From: an uncultured Candidatus Saccharibacteria bacterium
GTDB taxonomy: Bacteria; Patescibacteriota; Minisyncoccia; Phycocordibacterales; UBA9973
Reading direction: 5' to 3'
DNA: 64,000 nucleotides
Assembly: GCA_964450735.1 (NCBI GenBank)
Contig: CAYVDC010000004.1
Coordinates: 18,829-82,828 of the forward strand
Under the pieces are notes generated by a model. It ran no database searches. It was not told the origin of the DNA and worked only from the letters and a program-made list of their open reading frames with translations. The translations under genes and the position numbers were made by a program. This document shows, piece after piece, positions 1-8,772 of the stretch (the stretch's first letter is position 1; the number at the start of each line of letters is the position of its first letter).

Positions 1-1922
1 GCAACTTTAATTTCTTCCTTCTTCTTCAACTTAATCCCATGAGCCTTAATGATCTCCTCATATTCTTTCTGCTCAAGCGTTTCAGTTTCAATCAATTTCT
101 CCGCGATCGCATCAAGCGCCTTTCGGTATTCGCCAATCACCTTTCGTGCTGAAGCGAATCCTGCCTGCATGATCTTTGAAACTTCGGCGTCGATTTCAGC
201 TGATTTAGATTGCGAGTAGTCTTTGTCTTCCACTCCTCGTCCGAACATTGCTCGTCCGCCATCTGATTCGAGAGCAACTGGGCCAATCAAGTCTGACATT
301 CCCCATCGAGTAACCATTGCCCGTGCGAGCGATGTCGCAACCTGCAAGTCATTTGAAGGACCAGTCGTGATATCTCCAAAGATTGTTTCTTCAGCGACGT
401 ATCCGCCGAGCGACATTGCGATATCATCCATGAATTCTTTCTTTGACTGGAGCTTGCGGTCTTCGAGCGGAAGCTTCAATGTGTAACCACCAGCACGTCC
501 ACGAGCAACAATTGAGACTTTGTGAACTGGATCAGCATATGGAAGGACTGAGGCAACAAGTGCGTGACCAGCTTCGTGATAGGCAGTAATTTTCTTTTCC
601 TGCGGGCTCATGAGGTGACTCTTTCGTTCAGGACCCATCATCACTTTTTCAATTGATCGAACGAGATCAAACTGACCAATTGTCTTGCGTTCTTCGCGGG
701 CTGCGAGAATTGCACCTTCGTTCATGATCGAGTGGAGGTCAGCACCAGAGAATCCCGGTGTTCGTTCAGCAATCACCGTAAGGTTTACATCTTCAGCCAA
801 GGGCTTCTTGCGAGCATGGATCTTAAGAATTTCTTCACGATCAGATCGGTCTGGAAGATCGAGCACAACACGTCGATCGAAACGTCCCGGTCGGAGCAAT
901 GCTGGATCAAGAACATCATTTCGGTTAGTAGCCGCAATGACAATAACTTTTTCAGTAGGTTCAAATCCATCCATTTCAACGAGGATCTGGTTCAGTGTCT
1001 GTTCGCGTTCATCATTTCCGCCTCCAACACCAGTTCCACGAACTCGTCCAACAGCATCAATTTCATCGATGAAAATAATTGCCGGTGAAGCTTTCTTTGC
1101 CATATCGAAGAGGTCGCGCACGCGTGATGCACCAACACCGACGAACATTTCTACGAATTCAGAACCTGAGAGATGGAAGAATGGCACGCCTGCTTCCCCT
1201 GCTACGGCACGGGCAAGCAATGTTTTACCGGTACCTGGTGCCCCGGTAAGCAAGACTCCTTTCGGAATGCGTGCACCGATATCGAGGAATTTTTTCGGAT
1301 TTTTTAGAAAGTCCACGATTTCAGACAGTTCTTGTTTGGCTTCTTTGGAACCGGCAATATCTTTGAACGTGACGCGATTGTTCTTGTCAGTCGGATCAGT
1401 GAGTTTTGCTTTTGACTGTCCAAAGGTGAAAGCCTGTGCTCCTGCGCCTTTCATTTGACGGAAGAGTATCCACGCAAGAACGCCGATGAGGACAATCGGG
1501 AGAAGGATTGGCAAGAGATTGAGCAACCAATAGCCTGCACCTGACTCGCTCTTGATAATGATATTTGTTGCTGCAATTTTATCTGCAGGAACTCCATAGT
1601 TCGTAAGCGATTCTGACAAGCTTGCTTCAGCTTCCTTTTTTGCTTTTGCTAAGCCTCCATCAGTAAGTGTGATCTCAAGTGAATCTCCAGAAACTGTGAT
1701 CTCTTTGACCTGTCCAGCATTCATCTGGGCTGCAAGCTGGGAAATAGAAATATCGGTCACTTCTTTTTTGACCTGGGAAAATCCAGAATATGCAGCAACG
1801 AGGACCATCAGGACGAGAATGGTCCAGAGGAAATGATTATAAAATCGAGGGCCGCCTTTGGGCATTTTGGCCTTTTCTTTGAGCTTTTCAAATGGTTTTG
1901 TATCGGGTTTTTTGTCTGACAT
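1..1922 (-). CDS. ftsH: ATP-dependent zinc metalloprotease FtsH (C-terminal end runs off window start)
   Basis: Reverse-strand translation gives an N-terminal TM region, the AAA Walker A motif [22 protein letters not shown], a Walker B/SRH region and the HEAGH zinc motif. ATG at 1922. Antisense to the listed + ORFs at 223–1458. Confidence 0.9.
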   Translation of the reverse strand, partial: MSDKKPDTKPFEKLKEKAKMPKGGPRFYNHFLWTILVLMVLVAAYSGFSQVKKEVTDISISQLAAQMNAGQVKEITVSGDSLEITLTDGGLAKAKKEAEASLSESLTNYGVPADKIAATNIIIKSESGAGYWLLNLLPILLPIVLIGVLAWILFRQMKGAGAQAFTFGQSKAKLTDPTDKNNRVTFKDIAGSKEAKQELSEIVDFLKNPKKFLDIGARIPKGVLLTGAPGTGKTLLARAVAGEAGVPFFHLSGSEFVEMFVGVGASRVRDLFDMAKKASPAIIFIDEIDAVGRVRGTGVGGGNDEREQTLNQILVEMDGFEPTEKVIVIAATNRNDVLDPALLRPGRFDRRVVLDLPDRSDREEILKIHARKKPLAEDVNLTVIAERTPGFSGADLHSIMNEGAILAAREERKTIGQFDLVRSIEKVMMGPERKSHLMSPQEKKITAYHEAGHALVASVLPYADPVHKVSIVARGRAGGYTLKLPLEDRKLQSKKEFMDDIAMSLGGYVAEETIFGDITTGPSNDLQVATSLARAMVTRWGMSDLIGPVALESDGGRAMFGRGVEDKDYSQSKSAEIDAEVSKIMQAGFASARKVIGEYRKALDAIAEKLIETETLEQKEYEEIIKAHGIKLKKKEEIKV

Positions 1923-1993
1923 AGGGCAATTATACATGAAAATGGGCAAAAAATCCTGGTACGAGAGAGGCTCAAAATGGTAGTATTAAGCAC

Positions 1994-2557
1994 ATGAAAA
2001 CCATTCTTTTCGACTACTTTAATGTCATCTCCGCTCCAGTGTATGAAAAAGTCATCAAAAAATTCTTAACGGCAGACGACTACGCTCCATGGATGCACAA
2101 GCTCGACGCCCTCGATGTTGGGGAAATTACCGAAGATCAATTAGTCCGAGAACTTGCCATCACGGCAAAAGTATCAGAAGGCACTATACTTTCTGAAGTA
2201 CGAAACTCATATGATATCAACCACGAACTGATCGACTACATTCGCACCAACCTTAAAGGGAAATATAAAATTGGCCTCCTAACCAATATCGCGCGAAGCT
2301 TGATCGAAAAAATGATTCCAGAAGAATTAAAGATGTTCGATGTGCCAATCATTTCCTCTGATCTCAAACTCATTAAGCCAGATCCAAGAATATTTGAAGC
2401 TGCGATAAAGCTCTGCAATTGCGATGCAAGCGAAATTCTTTTTATCGACGACAAAGAGGTGAACATCGAAGTAGCAAAAGAAGCCGGAATGAATGGGATG
2501 GTGTATACGACGTTTGGGGTCTTCAAGAATGAATTACCGAAGTATCTTGAAAAATAA
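1994..2557 (+). CDS. HAD-superfamily hydrolase
   Basis: 187 aa. C-terminal LFIDDKEVNIEVAKEAGMNGMVY matches HAD motifs III/IV. Confidence 0.55.
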   Translation: MKTILFDYFNVISAPVYEKVIKKFLTADDYAPWMHKLDALDVGEITEDQLVRELAITAKVSEGTILSEVRNSYDINHELIDYIRTNLKGKYKIGLLTNIARSLIEKMIPEELKMFDVPIISSDLKLIKPDPRIFEAAIKLCNCDASEILFIDDKEVNIEVAKEAGMNGMVYTTFGVFKNELPKYLEK

Positions 2558-2794
2558 TCAAATTAAATGTTTCCTCGCAAAAGCATGCCCCGAGCCGTGC
2601 TTTAAATATCTTTCAAATTCAAGCGCTTTATATTTATTTAAAAATGAACAGTAAAAAATCAAGCAGTAATTTTCCTTTTGTGTTGTTTTTACAGTTTTTT
2701 TCTTATGGTTTTTTAACCTCTGTTTCAGATCTGTACTAAAACCTATATAAATCTTATCTGAAGAAGCCGCTTGTAAAATATAAACATAAAACAT
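2558..2794 (-). CDS. GIY-YIG nuclease superfamily small protein (UPF0213-like)
   Basis: MFYVYILQAASSDKIYIGFSTDLKQRLKNHKK is a GIY-YIG motif, with the C-terminal E…LKHGSGHAFARKH region typical of YhbQ-like proteins. Confidence 0.7.
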   Translation of the reverse strand: MFYVYILQAASSDKIYIGFSTDLKQRLKNHKKKTVKTTQKENYCLIFYCSFLNKYKALEFERYLKHGSGHAFARKHLI

Positions 2795-2820
2795 GTTTAA
2801 TTCTTAGCATACTAGAATGA

Positions 2821-2861
2821 AGAAACAATAAAGCAGTTCTGCTCCGCTAAAGCTACGCAGA
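2821..2861. repeat. stable stem-loop: 12-bp stem with a 2-nt bulge (aagcagttctgc / gcagaaCCactgctt), 14-nt loop
   Basis: Seen directly. No U-tract. Sits 3' of tmRNA on the minus strand. Confidence 0.5.
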
Positions 2862-2899
2862 ACCACTGCTTCTTGGATAGTATGCAAAGTAGGTGCTGT

Positions 2900-2944
2900 G
2901 CACTGCGAAGCTAAAAGCCGCTCCTGAATTTGAAGCGGCTTTTA
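2900..2944. repeat. stable stem-loop: 12-bp perfect stem gctaaaagccgc / gcggcttttagc, 13-nt loop
   Basis: Seen directly. Immediately 3' of the tmRNA end on the minus strand. No U-tract. Confidence 0.5.
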
Positions 2945-2950
2945 GCGAAG

Positions 2951-3340
2951 CAGTGGAACTGGCGAGAATTGAACTCGCGTGCAAGAAGGAATGTAATATA
3001 GATCTACAAGCTTAGATCGTTTCAGGGTGTTTAAATACCGATGCTATGAAACAAACAAAATACAGCGGTATCGATTCTCAATTTATTTCAGGCTGTACGC
3101 GAGACGACGCACTTCCCTATCTCTAGATGTATGATATCCGATTTTCGCCTCTAGTGATCAACGAAGCGGATATCCAGATGTCGCGTTAAGCGAGGGCTGG
3201 AGCAAAATCTCCGAACGCAAAGTAAGGAGACTTTGTAAATGCAGTTTTTGCATTTGAGGTTTGCGCGATTATCACGAGATTCCGCACATACTCGGCATGC
3301 GTATACTACAAACGACTTCCTGTCGATGCCTGGCAGTCCC
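2951..3340 (-). ncRNA. ssrA: tmRNA (SsrA), CCA not encoded
   Basis: Minus-strand 5' end GGGACUGCCAGGCAUCGACAGG matches the tmRNA 5' acceptor plus the GGAUUCGACGGG motif. The 3' end has T-arm GCGAG-UUCAAUU-CUCGC, then CAGUUCC-A, which pairs with 5' GGGACUG (one G·U). Putative tag ORF runs from GCA (about nt 88) to ...GCU CCA GCC CUC GCU UAA (tag ends ...FAPALA). smpB is directly upstream on the same strand. Confidence 0.7.
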
Positions 3341-3433
3341 ATTATTCATTTTTCAATGAAAGCGCATCTCTGCACTCAGGGACGAACAAGTAGAATTGCT
3401 CCTACCGTTCACCCCTGGGCACAGATATACTAT

Positions 3434-3877
3434 TTATCTTCGTCCCTTCATCAATCGATTCACCTCGCGCCCCGTTTCGCGATCCTTGATGGTTTCGCGC
3501 TTGTCGAATTTCTTCTTTCCTTTCACAACGGCGATCTTTATCTTGATCTTGGTTCCCTTATTATACAATGAGAGTGGTACTATAGTCAATCCTTTCTCCA
3601 GATCAGTCAATTCCTGAATTTCTTTTTTCTTGAGCAGTATCTTGCGATTACGAAGTGGGTCTACCAGCGTTGCCGCATTCATCGGCTGATACGGTGGAAT
3701 ATCCATTCCCATGACAAAAGCCTCCCCGCCACGAATGATCACGTGGGCGCTTTCAATACGCCCGTGTTTTTGACGGATGCTTTTTACTTCCCAGCCTTCA
3801 AGTTCAATCCCCGCTTCATATTCGTCTATGATCTCGTAGTTGAACTTGGCTTTTGTGTTGTCGACATAATTGGCCAC
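3434..3877 (-). CDS. smpB: SsrA-binding protein SmpB
   Basis: 147 aa with the ...EGWEVKSIR...GGEAF...IPPY... SmpB signature. Confidence 0.9.
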   Translation of the reverse strand: MANYVDNTKAKFNYEIIDEYEAGIELEGWEVKSIRQKHGRIESAHVIIRGGEAFVMGMDIPPYQPMNAATLVDPLRNRKILLKKKEIQELTDLEKGLTIVPLSLYNKGTKIKIKIAVVKGKKKFDKRETIKDRETGREVNRLMKGRR

Positions 3878-3929
3878 GGGACTACTATATCATATTTCTT
3901 TTATCGTTTATTTATTCTACAATCATTCA

Positions 3930-5261
3930 ATGCAACCAAAACTCACTGTAGCCGGCTATCGAGGAATCTGGGGCGAAAGCCTCACCCCCGAGATTGCCCA
4001 CGATTTTACCCAAGCATTCGGACAATTTATTCAAAAACGAGGCGGCAAGCGAATCCTTATCGGCCGCGACGCTCGACCATCAGGACAAGAGTTGGTAAAA
4101 ACTGTTTCCGAAACACTTTCGGCTATGGGATTTCAAGTTACGGTTGGTGGATTGCTTCCCACTCCGACAGTTCTTTTCCTGGTCCGCGAATTGAAATTTG
4201 ACGGTGCGATGATCATTACCGCTTCTCATAATCCACCTGAATATAACGGACTTAAACTTGTGACATCAAAAGGAATGTTTACTGATGAAGCTGAAGTTGC
4301 GGAAGTAAAAGAATTGCTAGGCAATGAACCAGCAGATTTGCCAGGTGGGACAATTACTGTTGATGAATCATTGGGTGAAAAGCATGTCTCTCACATTTTA
4401 GAAAAAATTGATCGAAATTTGATCGCTTCAAAAAAATTCAAAGTCGTTCTCGACCCAATCAACAGCGCCGGTGCATTCCTCGGACCAAAGCTCTTACAAG
4501 AACTTGGATGCGAAGTAGTCGTGATCAACGGCGAACCAAATGGAGAATTCGCCCATATGCCGGAACCGTTGCCTGAAAACCTCAAGCAGCTTGGCGAAAC
4601 AGTACAGGCTGAAGACGCTCATATCGGATTCGCACAGGACCCAGACGCAGACCGACTTGTCGTCTGCAATGAAAAAGGAGAAGTAGTGTTTGAAGAATAC
4701 ACCCTTTCCCTTGCAATCAAAGCAGTCCTCTCAAAAACTCCCGGCGATATCGTCATCAACATGTCCACTTCAAGCACCAATGAAGCCCTGGCAAAAGAAT
4801 ACGGGGGCGAAACATTCCGAACCAAAGTCGGCGAAGCGAATGTCGTCGGAGGAATCATCAAAAACAACGCAGTCATCGGCGGCGAAGGCGGCGGAGGTGT
4901 GATCTACCCTGCTATTAACACCTGTAGAGATTCCCTTACAGGAATGGCATTGATACTCGAACTCATGGCACGCGAAGAAAAATCACTTTCAGAAATCATC
5001 GAATCCCTCCCCCACTTCGAAATGCGAAAAAACAAATTCAAATTCGACGGCGAGATCAGCGACCTGTTTGAAAAGATGGAAGCAGAATTCCCTGATGCGC
5101 TGCCAAACTTCCTCGACGGACTTCGTCTCGATTTTATTGACGGAGCGTGGCTGCATCTCCGAGCTTCAAATACAGAGCCAATCGTGCGACTCTACGGAGA
5201 AGCAAAGACGAGCGAACGGATTGAGAATTTGATTGAAAGGACAAAAATATTGATTGGATAA
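3930..5261 (+). CDS. alpha-D-phosphohexomutase (phosphoglucosamine mutase / phosphomannomutase family)
   Basis: Active-site loop TASHNPPEYNGLK, GGEGGGG sugar-binding loop. The conserved N-terminus begins at MQPKLTVAGYRGIWG (internal Met of ORF 3870–5261). Confidence 0.8.
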   Translation: MQPKLTVAGYRGIWGESLTPEIAHDFTQAFGQFIQKRGGKRILIGRDARPSGQELVKTVSETLSAMGFQVTVGGLLPTPTVLFLVRELKFDGAMIITASHNPPEYNGLKLVTSKGMFTDEAEVAEVKELLGNEPADLPGGTITVDESLGEKHVSHILEKIDRNLIASKKFKVVLDPINSAGAFLGPKLLQELGCEVVVINGEPNGEFAHMPEPLPENLKQLGETVQAEDAHIGFAQDPDADRLVVCNEKGEVVFEEYTLSLAIKAVLSKTPGDIVINMSTSSTNEALAKEYGGETFRTKVGEANVVGGIIKNNAVIGGEGGGGVIYPAINTCRDSLTGMALILELMAREEKSLSEIIESLPHFEMRKNKFKFDGEISDLFEKMEAEFPDALPNFLDGLRLDFIDGAWLHLRASNTEPIVRLYGEAKTSERIENLIERTKILIG

Positions 5262-5265
5262 AAAG

Positions 5266-5308
5266 AGAGCCAGAAAGTGTATGAAACTTCCTGGCTCTTT
5301 ATATTTAT
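5266..5308. terminator. bidirectional intrinsic terminator (agagccag…ctggctct + T-run)
   Basis: Hairpin then ttatatttat, between convergent genes. Confidence 0.55.
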
Positions 5309-5310
5309 CT

Positions 5311-5931
5311 CTAATTTTCTAAAGCTTTTAATTCCTCAATTGTATACTTTTTTTCTTTTATTCCAGCCCTGCCAGCCAGTTGTATCCCCAGACCACAAAT
5401 GGTCTTGGGTAAAAATTGTTCTTCAAGCATCCTATCGCCCTGCAAAGCTTCATGTATGTGCTTCTGCGAGGTTTCTCCAAATTTGTACGATTTTCCATCA
5501 AAAAGCCCAAACGGCCTTTCTTCAGAAAATTGATCGCGGGCAAACCGATCAGGTGCATATTGTTTAGTGGGATTTGCAATGGCAAGTGCCCCGCCGCCAT
5601 AGGTAGTAACTACAACATCTTCCCCAGTCAATTTTTTTTCCTCCAAAAAAGCAAGAATAATTTGGCTGTGAAAGATGTAGTCTACTCCTGGCCCAAGCAG
5701 TATGAACTTTCTGTTGTTCTGAAAAAGGTTTACGGAAATAATTATAAATTTGTAGAGTCCGAAAAAACCTAAATCTTCAAGGTTCTTAAACGAAAGGAGC
5801 GGTATTACTTTCATATATAATTGTGTTTTAGTGATTGAATAGCAAAATACACAAGCTATGTACTTAGCTATACAATCACGGATTTCAGAGAAGTTTGTTT
5901 TGAGATTACTGATGAATTGGTAATTTGTCAA
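5311..5931 (-). CDS. hypothetical protein (possible Rossmann-like fold; alternative start at 5814 MKVIPLL)
   Basis: 206-aa ORF. A GPGVDYIFHSQ…YGGGALAIANP segment is present. No confident family. Confidence 0.4.
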   Translation of the reverse strand: MTNYQFISNLKTNFSEIRDCIAKYIACVFCYSITKTQLYMKVIPLLSFKNLEDLGFFGLYKFIIISVNLFQNNRKFILLGPGVDYIFHSQIILAFLEEKKLTGEDVVVTTYGGGALAIANPTKQYAPDRFARDQFSEERPFGLFDGKSYKFGETSQKHIHEALQGDRMLEEQFLPKTICGLGIQLAGRAGIKEKKYTIEELKALEN

Positions 5932-5941
5932 ATCTCAATTT

Positions 5942-6676
5942 TTACTTGCCCATCTTCGTTCTCTTAATATGAAACGTCACCGTCGGCACCCCAAAATGCT
6001 TCCCGATATCGCTCACCAATTGCCGAATATAGAATCCCGCCGAAACATCCACTCGCCATTTTGTTATCTGGAATTCTTGGCTGTCTTTGTCTTTCAAAAT
6101 CTCCTTCCATTTCGCCTTGATTTCTTCCTGGCGGAAGTCGCCGTGAACAAGATCAACTCGATGCAATATGGTCGAAAGCAATTCCTCGTCACTAATAGTC
6201 CGCTCGTTCAAGAATTCAAAACCATACAAAGAAACCTCATGCTGAACCTCAGGCATATTCCCCTCTCTCGCATGGGTGTGCAATTGCTTGCCTTCAAATG
6301 TCTTGGAAGAATACGGCGGATAATTTTGTGTGATAGTTTTGGTATTTTCTTTGAAATAGCTAGAAACTTCTTCAACATCGAGTATTTTAGAAAAATCAGA
6401 ATCAGTTACCAAACCCAAAAGGTCATAGGTATCAGTGGAAACACCAGAAAGAATCTCAAACTCATATGTTTTGTTGAGTTTGGTGTATGCGTCTTTGTTT
6501 TTGCATTCCTCTCCAATCAATATGATCATCTGCCCTTCTACCAACGGATCCAAGCGGCCAGCATAGGTCATTGGCATACCTACAGGGATATTCTTTTCAA
6601 CTCGAACACGCTCGAGTGCTTCGAGCGGAGTTTCTCCCATGTTTTTGTAGATAAGAAGTGTATCCATACATGACAT
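5942..6676 (-). CDS. truB: tRNA pseudouridine(55) synthase TruB-like
   Basis: YAGRLDPLVEGQMIIL resembles the TruB catalytic GTLDPLATG motif. C-terminal ...GFYIRQLVSDIG... resembles the TruB KGTYIRSL region. Confidence 0.6.
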   Translation of the reverse strand: MSCMDTLLIYKNMGETPLEALERVRVEKNIPVGMPMTYAGRLDPLVEGQMIILIGEECKNKDAYTKLNKTYEFEILSGVSTDTYDLLGLVTDSDFSKILDVEEVSSYFKENTKTITQNYPPYSSKTFEGKQLHTHAREGNMPEVQHEVSLYGFEFLNERTISDEELLSTILHRVDLVHGDFRQEEIKAKWKEILKDKDSQEFQITKWRVDVSAGFYIRQLVSDIGKHFGVPTVTFHIKRTKMGK

Positions 6677-6747
6677 CCTACCATGCTAAATAAAAAAGAT
6701 CGGTATATGTTTTAAGCATATACCGATTTACATGTATCTTTTTCTTC

Positions 6748-7461
6748 TTATTTGTTTTTTACCTTCATTGTAGGTTTTTTGGGAACAACAAATATTCTCC
6801 CCGGTTCATACACTTTAGGTGCTAGTTCTGCAATCAAGCGATAGGTGCGTTCTTTCCCATCAGGTTGCGCTTTTGCCCTTTCAAGTGAAATTACGAACAT
6901 TTTGCTCTTTTTTAAAACAGGTTCTATGAGCCAGCAATATCCTAAATCGATAATTCTGTCTTTAGTTTCATCTGCTTCAAAAAGCGGGCCTTTACCATTC
7001 AGATCTAGCTCAATAAAATATCCAGCAATCTTTAAAATTGCCCTCAATCGTATTGGCTGAATTGCGCCTTTCAATACTCTATCTAAATCATGGGTAGTTT
7101 CCTGAGGTGACTTATATATTTTGTATTTTGGCCTGTCGGAGATGGCATGCTTCTTGCTTAAAAACAGCAAGGCAACGTCCTTCAAAACTGCATCTGGCGC
7201 AATTACCACTTTTTTTGTTAAGCGGGGTATGCGGCACGAAGCATATTTTGAGGTTACCTTATATCCTCTCAGCTTAAAACCATATGGTATGTTTATTTCG
7301 CCTTGTAAATTCCCCGGGTATTTAAATATCGGGAAATAATGCTTGGCAAACCCATATGTTTTAAGTTCTATATCAAGCTTTACATGTGCTTGATCGTGCA
7401 GCAATTTGTTTAAAGCGTTTTGTTTTTCAAGTGTTTGCGGTCCTAGTTGATTCTTTGCCAT
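6748..7461 (-). CDS. hypothetical protein, 237 aa, monocistronic
   Basis: Long ORF with no recognisable motif. Flanked by promoter-like and terminator-like sequence. Confidence 0.45.
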   Translation of the reverse strand: MAKNQLGPQTLEKQNALNKLLHDQAHVKLDIELKTYGFAKHYFPIFKYPGNLQGEINIPYGFKLRGYKVTSKYASCRIPRLTKKVVIAPDAVLKDVALLFLSKKHAISDRPKYKIYKSPQETTHDLDRVLKGAIQPIRLRAILKIAGYFIELDLNGKGPLFEADETKDRIIDLGYCWLIEPVLKKSKMFVISLERAKAQPDGKERTYRLIAELAPKVYEPGRIFVVPKKPTMKVKNK

Positions 7462-7528
7462 TTTTTGTTAATTTTTCTCAAAATAGCACGCAAATACCAT
7501 ACTGTCAATTAGTACCTCAATACCTCTT

Positions 7529-7557
7529 TACATTTTCCTTGTTTTAGGCTAGTATAC
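7529..7557 (+). promoter_or_regulatory. sigma70-like promoter candidate for the infC operon (TTACAT-N16-TAGTAT)
   Basis: Seen directly upstream of infC. Confidence 0.3.
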
Positions 7558-7580
7558 GTCTACGATATGTCCTCAAAATA

Positions 7581-8144
7581 TTGAGTAATAAACTCTGTAG
7601 AGGGAGGTGCTTATCTTTATTTAAATTGAAAGAAAGAATCAACAACCAAATACGCGCCAAAGAACTTCGCGTTCTCGTTGAAGAAGGAGAAAACCTCGGT
7701 GTTCTCCCCTTCAAAGAAGCATTGGAAAAGGCTCAGGAACTCGGATTGGATCTCATTGAGATCTCACCGAATGCCGTGCCTCCCGTTGCCAAAATCATGG
7801 ATTTCGGCAAATACCAGTACGTAGAGAGCAAGAAAGCCAAGAAGGCAAAGGCAAACGCCAAGACAAGTGAGACCAAGTCCATCCAGATCAAAGTAGGTAC
7901 GGGTGACCACGACCTCGAGCTCAAGGCCAAGACCGCTTCAAAGTGGCTCTCCGAAGGACACCGTATCAAAGTTGAGCTCTATCTCTCAGGACGAACCAAG
8001 TTCATGGACGAGAAATTCCTGAAGGAACGATTGGATCGAGTGTTAAAACTCATCACCGAAAACTTCAAGATCTCAGACCCAGCAAAGCGAAGCCCTAAAG
8101 GCCTCATGCTGACCATCGAACGAGACCTAGCAAAAAAAGTTTAA
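7581..8144 (+). CDS. infC: translation initiation factor IF-3 (non-AUG start; true start probably internal, e.g. TTG at 7626)
   Basis: ELRVLVEEGENLGVLPFKEALEKAQELGLDLIEISPNAVPPVAKIMDFGKYQY aligns with the IF3 N and C domains. Strong SD AGGGAGGTG at 7601–7609 lies inside the listed ORF. The ORF start itself is TTG. Confidence 0.85.
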   Translation: MSNKLCRGRCLSLFKLKERINNQIRAKELRVLVEEGENLGVLPFKEALEKAQELGLDLIEISPNAVPPVAKIMDFGKYQYVESKKAKKAKANAKTSETKSIQIKVGTGDHDLELKAKTASKWLSEGHRIKVELYLSGRTKFMDEKFLKERLDRVLKLITENFKISDPAKRSPKGLMLTIERDLAKKV

Positions 8145-8173
8145 TTACCATTATCAATTAAGATCGCATATAT

Positions 8174-8371
8174 ATGGCAAAAGGAATGAAAACAAAGAAG
8201 GCGGTTGCAAAACGCTTGAAAATCACCAAGAGCGGAAAGCTCATGGCACGAAAGCCAGGTTTCAACCACTTCAACGCAAAGCAGAGTCGAACGAAGCAGC
8301 TCGCTGGCCGCAAATCAACGGAATTTACAATCAAGCCGAAGACACGCAGCTACGTCTTACCATTTAACTAA
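8174..8371 (+). CDS. rpmI: 50S ribosomal protein L35
   Basis: MAKGMKTKKAVAKRLKITKSGKLMARKPGFNHF… matches L35. Confidence 0.9.
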   Translation: MAKGMKTKKAVAKRLKITKSGKLMARKPGFNHFNAKQSRTKQLAGRKSTEFTIKPKTRSYVLPFN

Positions 8372-8382
8372 GTAATTAATCT

Positions 8383-8727
8383 ATGTCACGAGTAAAACGA
8401 GGTGTCATCAAAGCAAAACGACGCCGCAATACCCTCGCCCAAGTAAAAGGATACCGATTTGGACGAAGCACTAAAGAAGCAATGGCCCGCGACGCTATCC
8501 GACATGCTGGAGCGCACGCATTCGCACACCGACGAGACAAGAAGAACGACAAGCGACAGCTCTGGAATACAAAGATCAGCGCAACAGCAGTCACCTTCTC
8601 TCTCTCATACTCCAAGCTTATGGGCGGTCTTAAGAAAAAAGGAATTCTCCTTGATCGAAAGATCCTCGCAACCCTTGCAGAAAAGAACCCAGAAACATTT
8701 GAACGATTGATCGCTCAAGTAAAATAA
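8383..8727 (+). CDS. rplT: 50S ribosomal protein L20
   Basis: MSRVKRGVIKAKRRRNTLAQVKGYRFGRST… matches L20. Confidence 0.9.
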   Translation: MSRVKRGVIKAKRRRNTLAQVKGYRFGRSTKEAMARDAIRHAGAHAFAHRRDKKNDKRQLWNTKISATAVTFSLSYSKLMGGLKKKGILLDRKILATLAEKNPETFERLIAQVK

Positions 8728-8734
8728 TACAAAA

Positions 8735-8768
8735 GAAAAAACCTCCATTTGGAGGTTTTTTCTTTTGT
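8735..8768. terminator. bidirectional intrinsic terminator aaaaaacctcca-ttt-ggaggtttttt
   Basis: Perfect GC stem flanked by an A-run and a T-run, between convergent rplT and the giant gene. Confidence 0.7.
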
Positions 8769-8772
8769 ATTA

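Noticed and set aside
223-1458. Plus-strand ORFs 223–486, 685–1458, 732–1088
   Set aside because: They lie antisense to a clearly recognisable ftsH on the minus strand. Their products are low-complexity Ser/Arg/Pro-rich sequences typical of antisense frames.
2954-2975. tRNA-like T-arm (GCGAG-TTCAATT-CTCGC + acceptor-like 3' strand), considered as a stand-alone tRNA gene
   Set aside because: No D-arm or anticodon arm with the right spacing. The matching 5' acceptor strand lies 380 nt upstream together with tmRNA 5' motifs. It is therefore interpreted as the 3' end of tmRNA.
3151-3617. ORFs 3151–3342 (-), 3239–3571 (+), 3396–3617 (+)
   Set aside because: They overlap the tmRNA and smpB. No conserved motifs.
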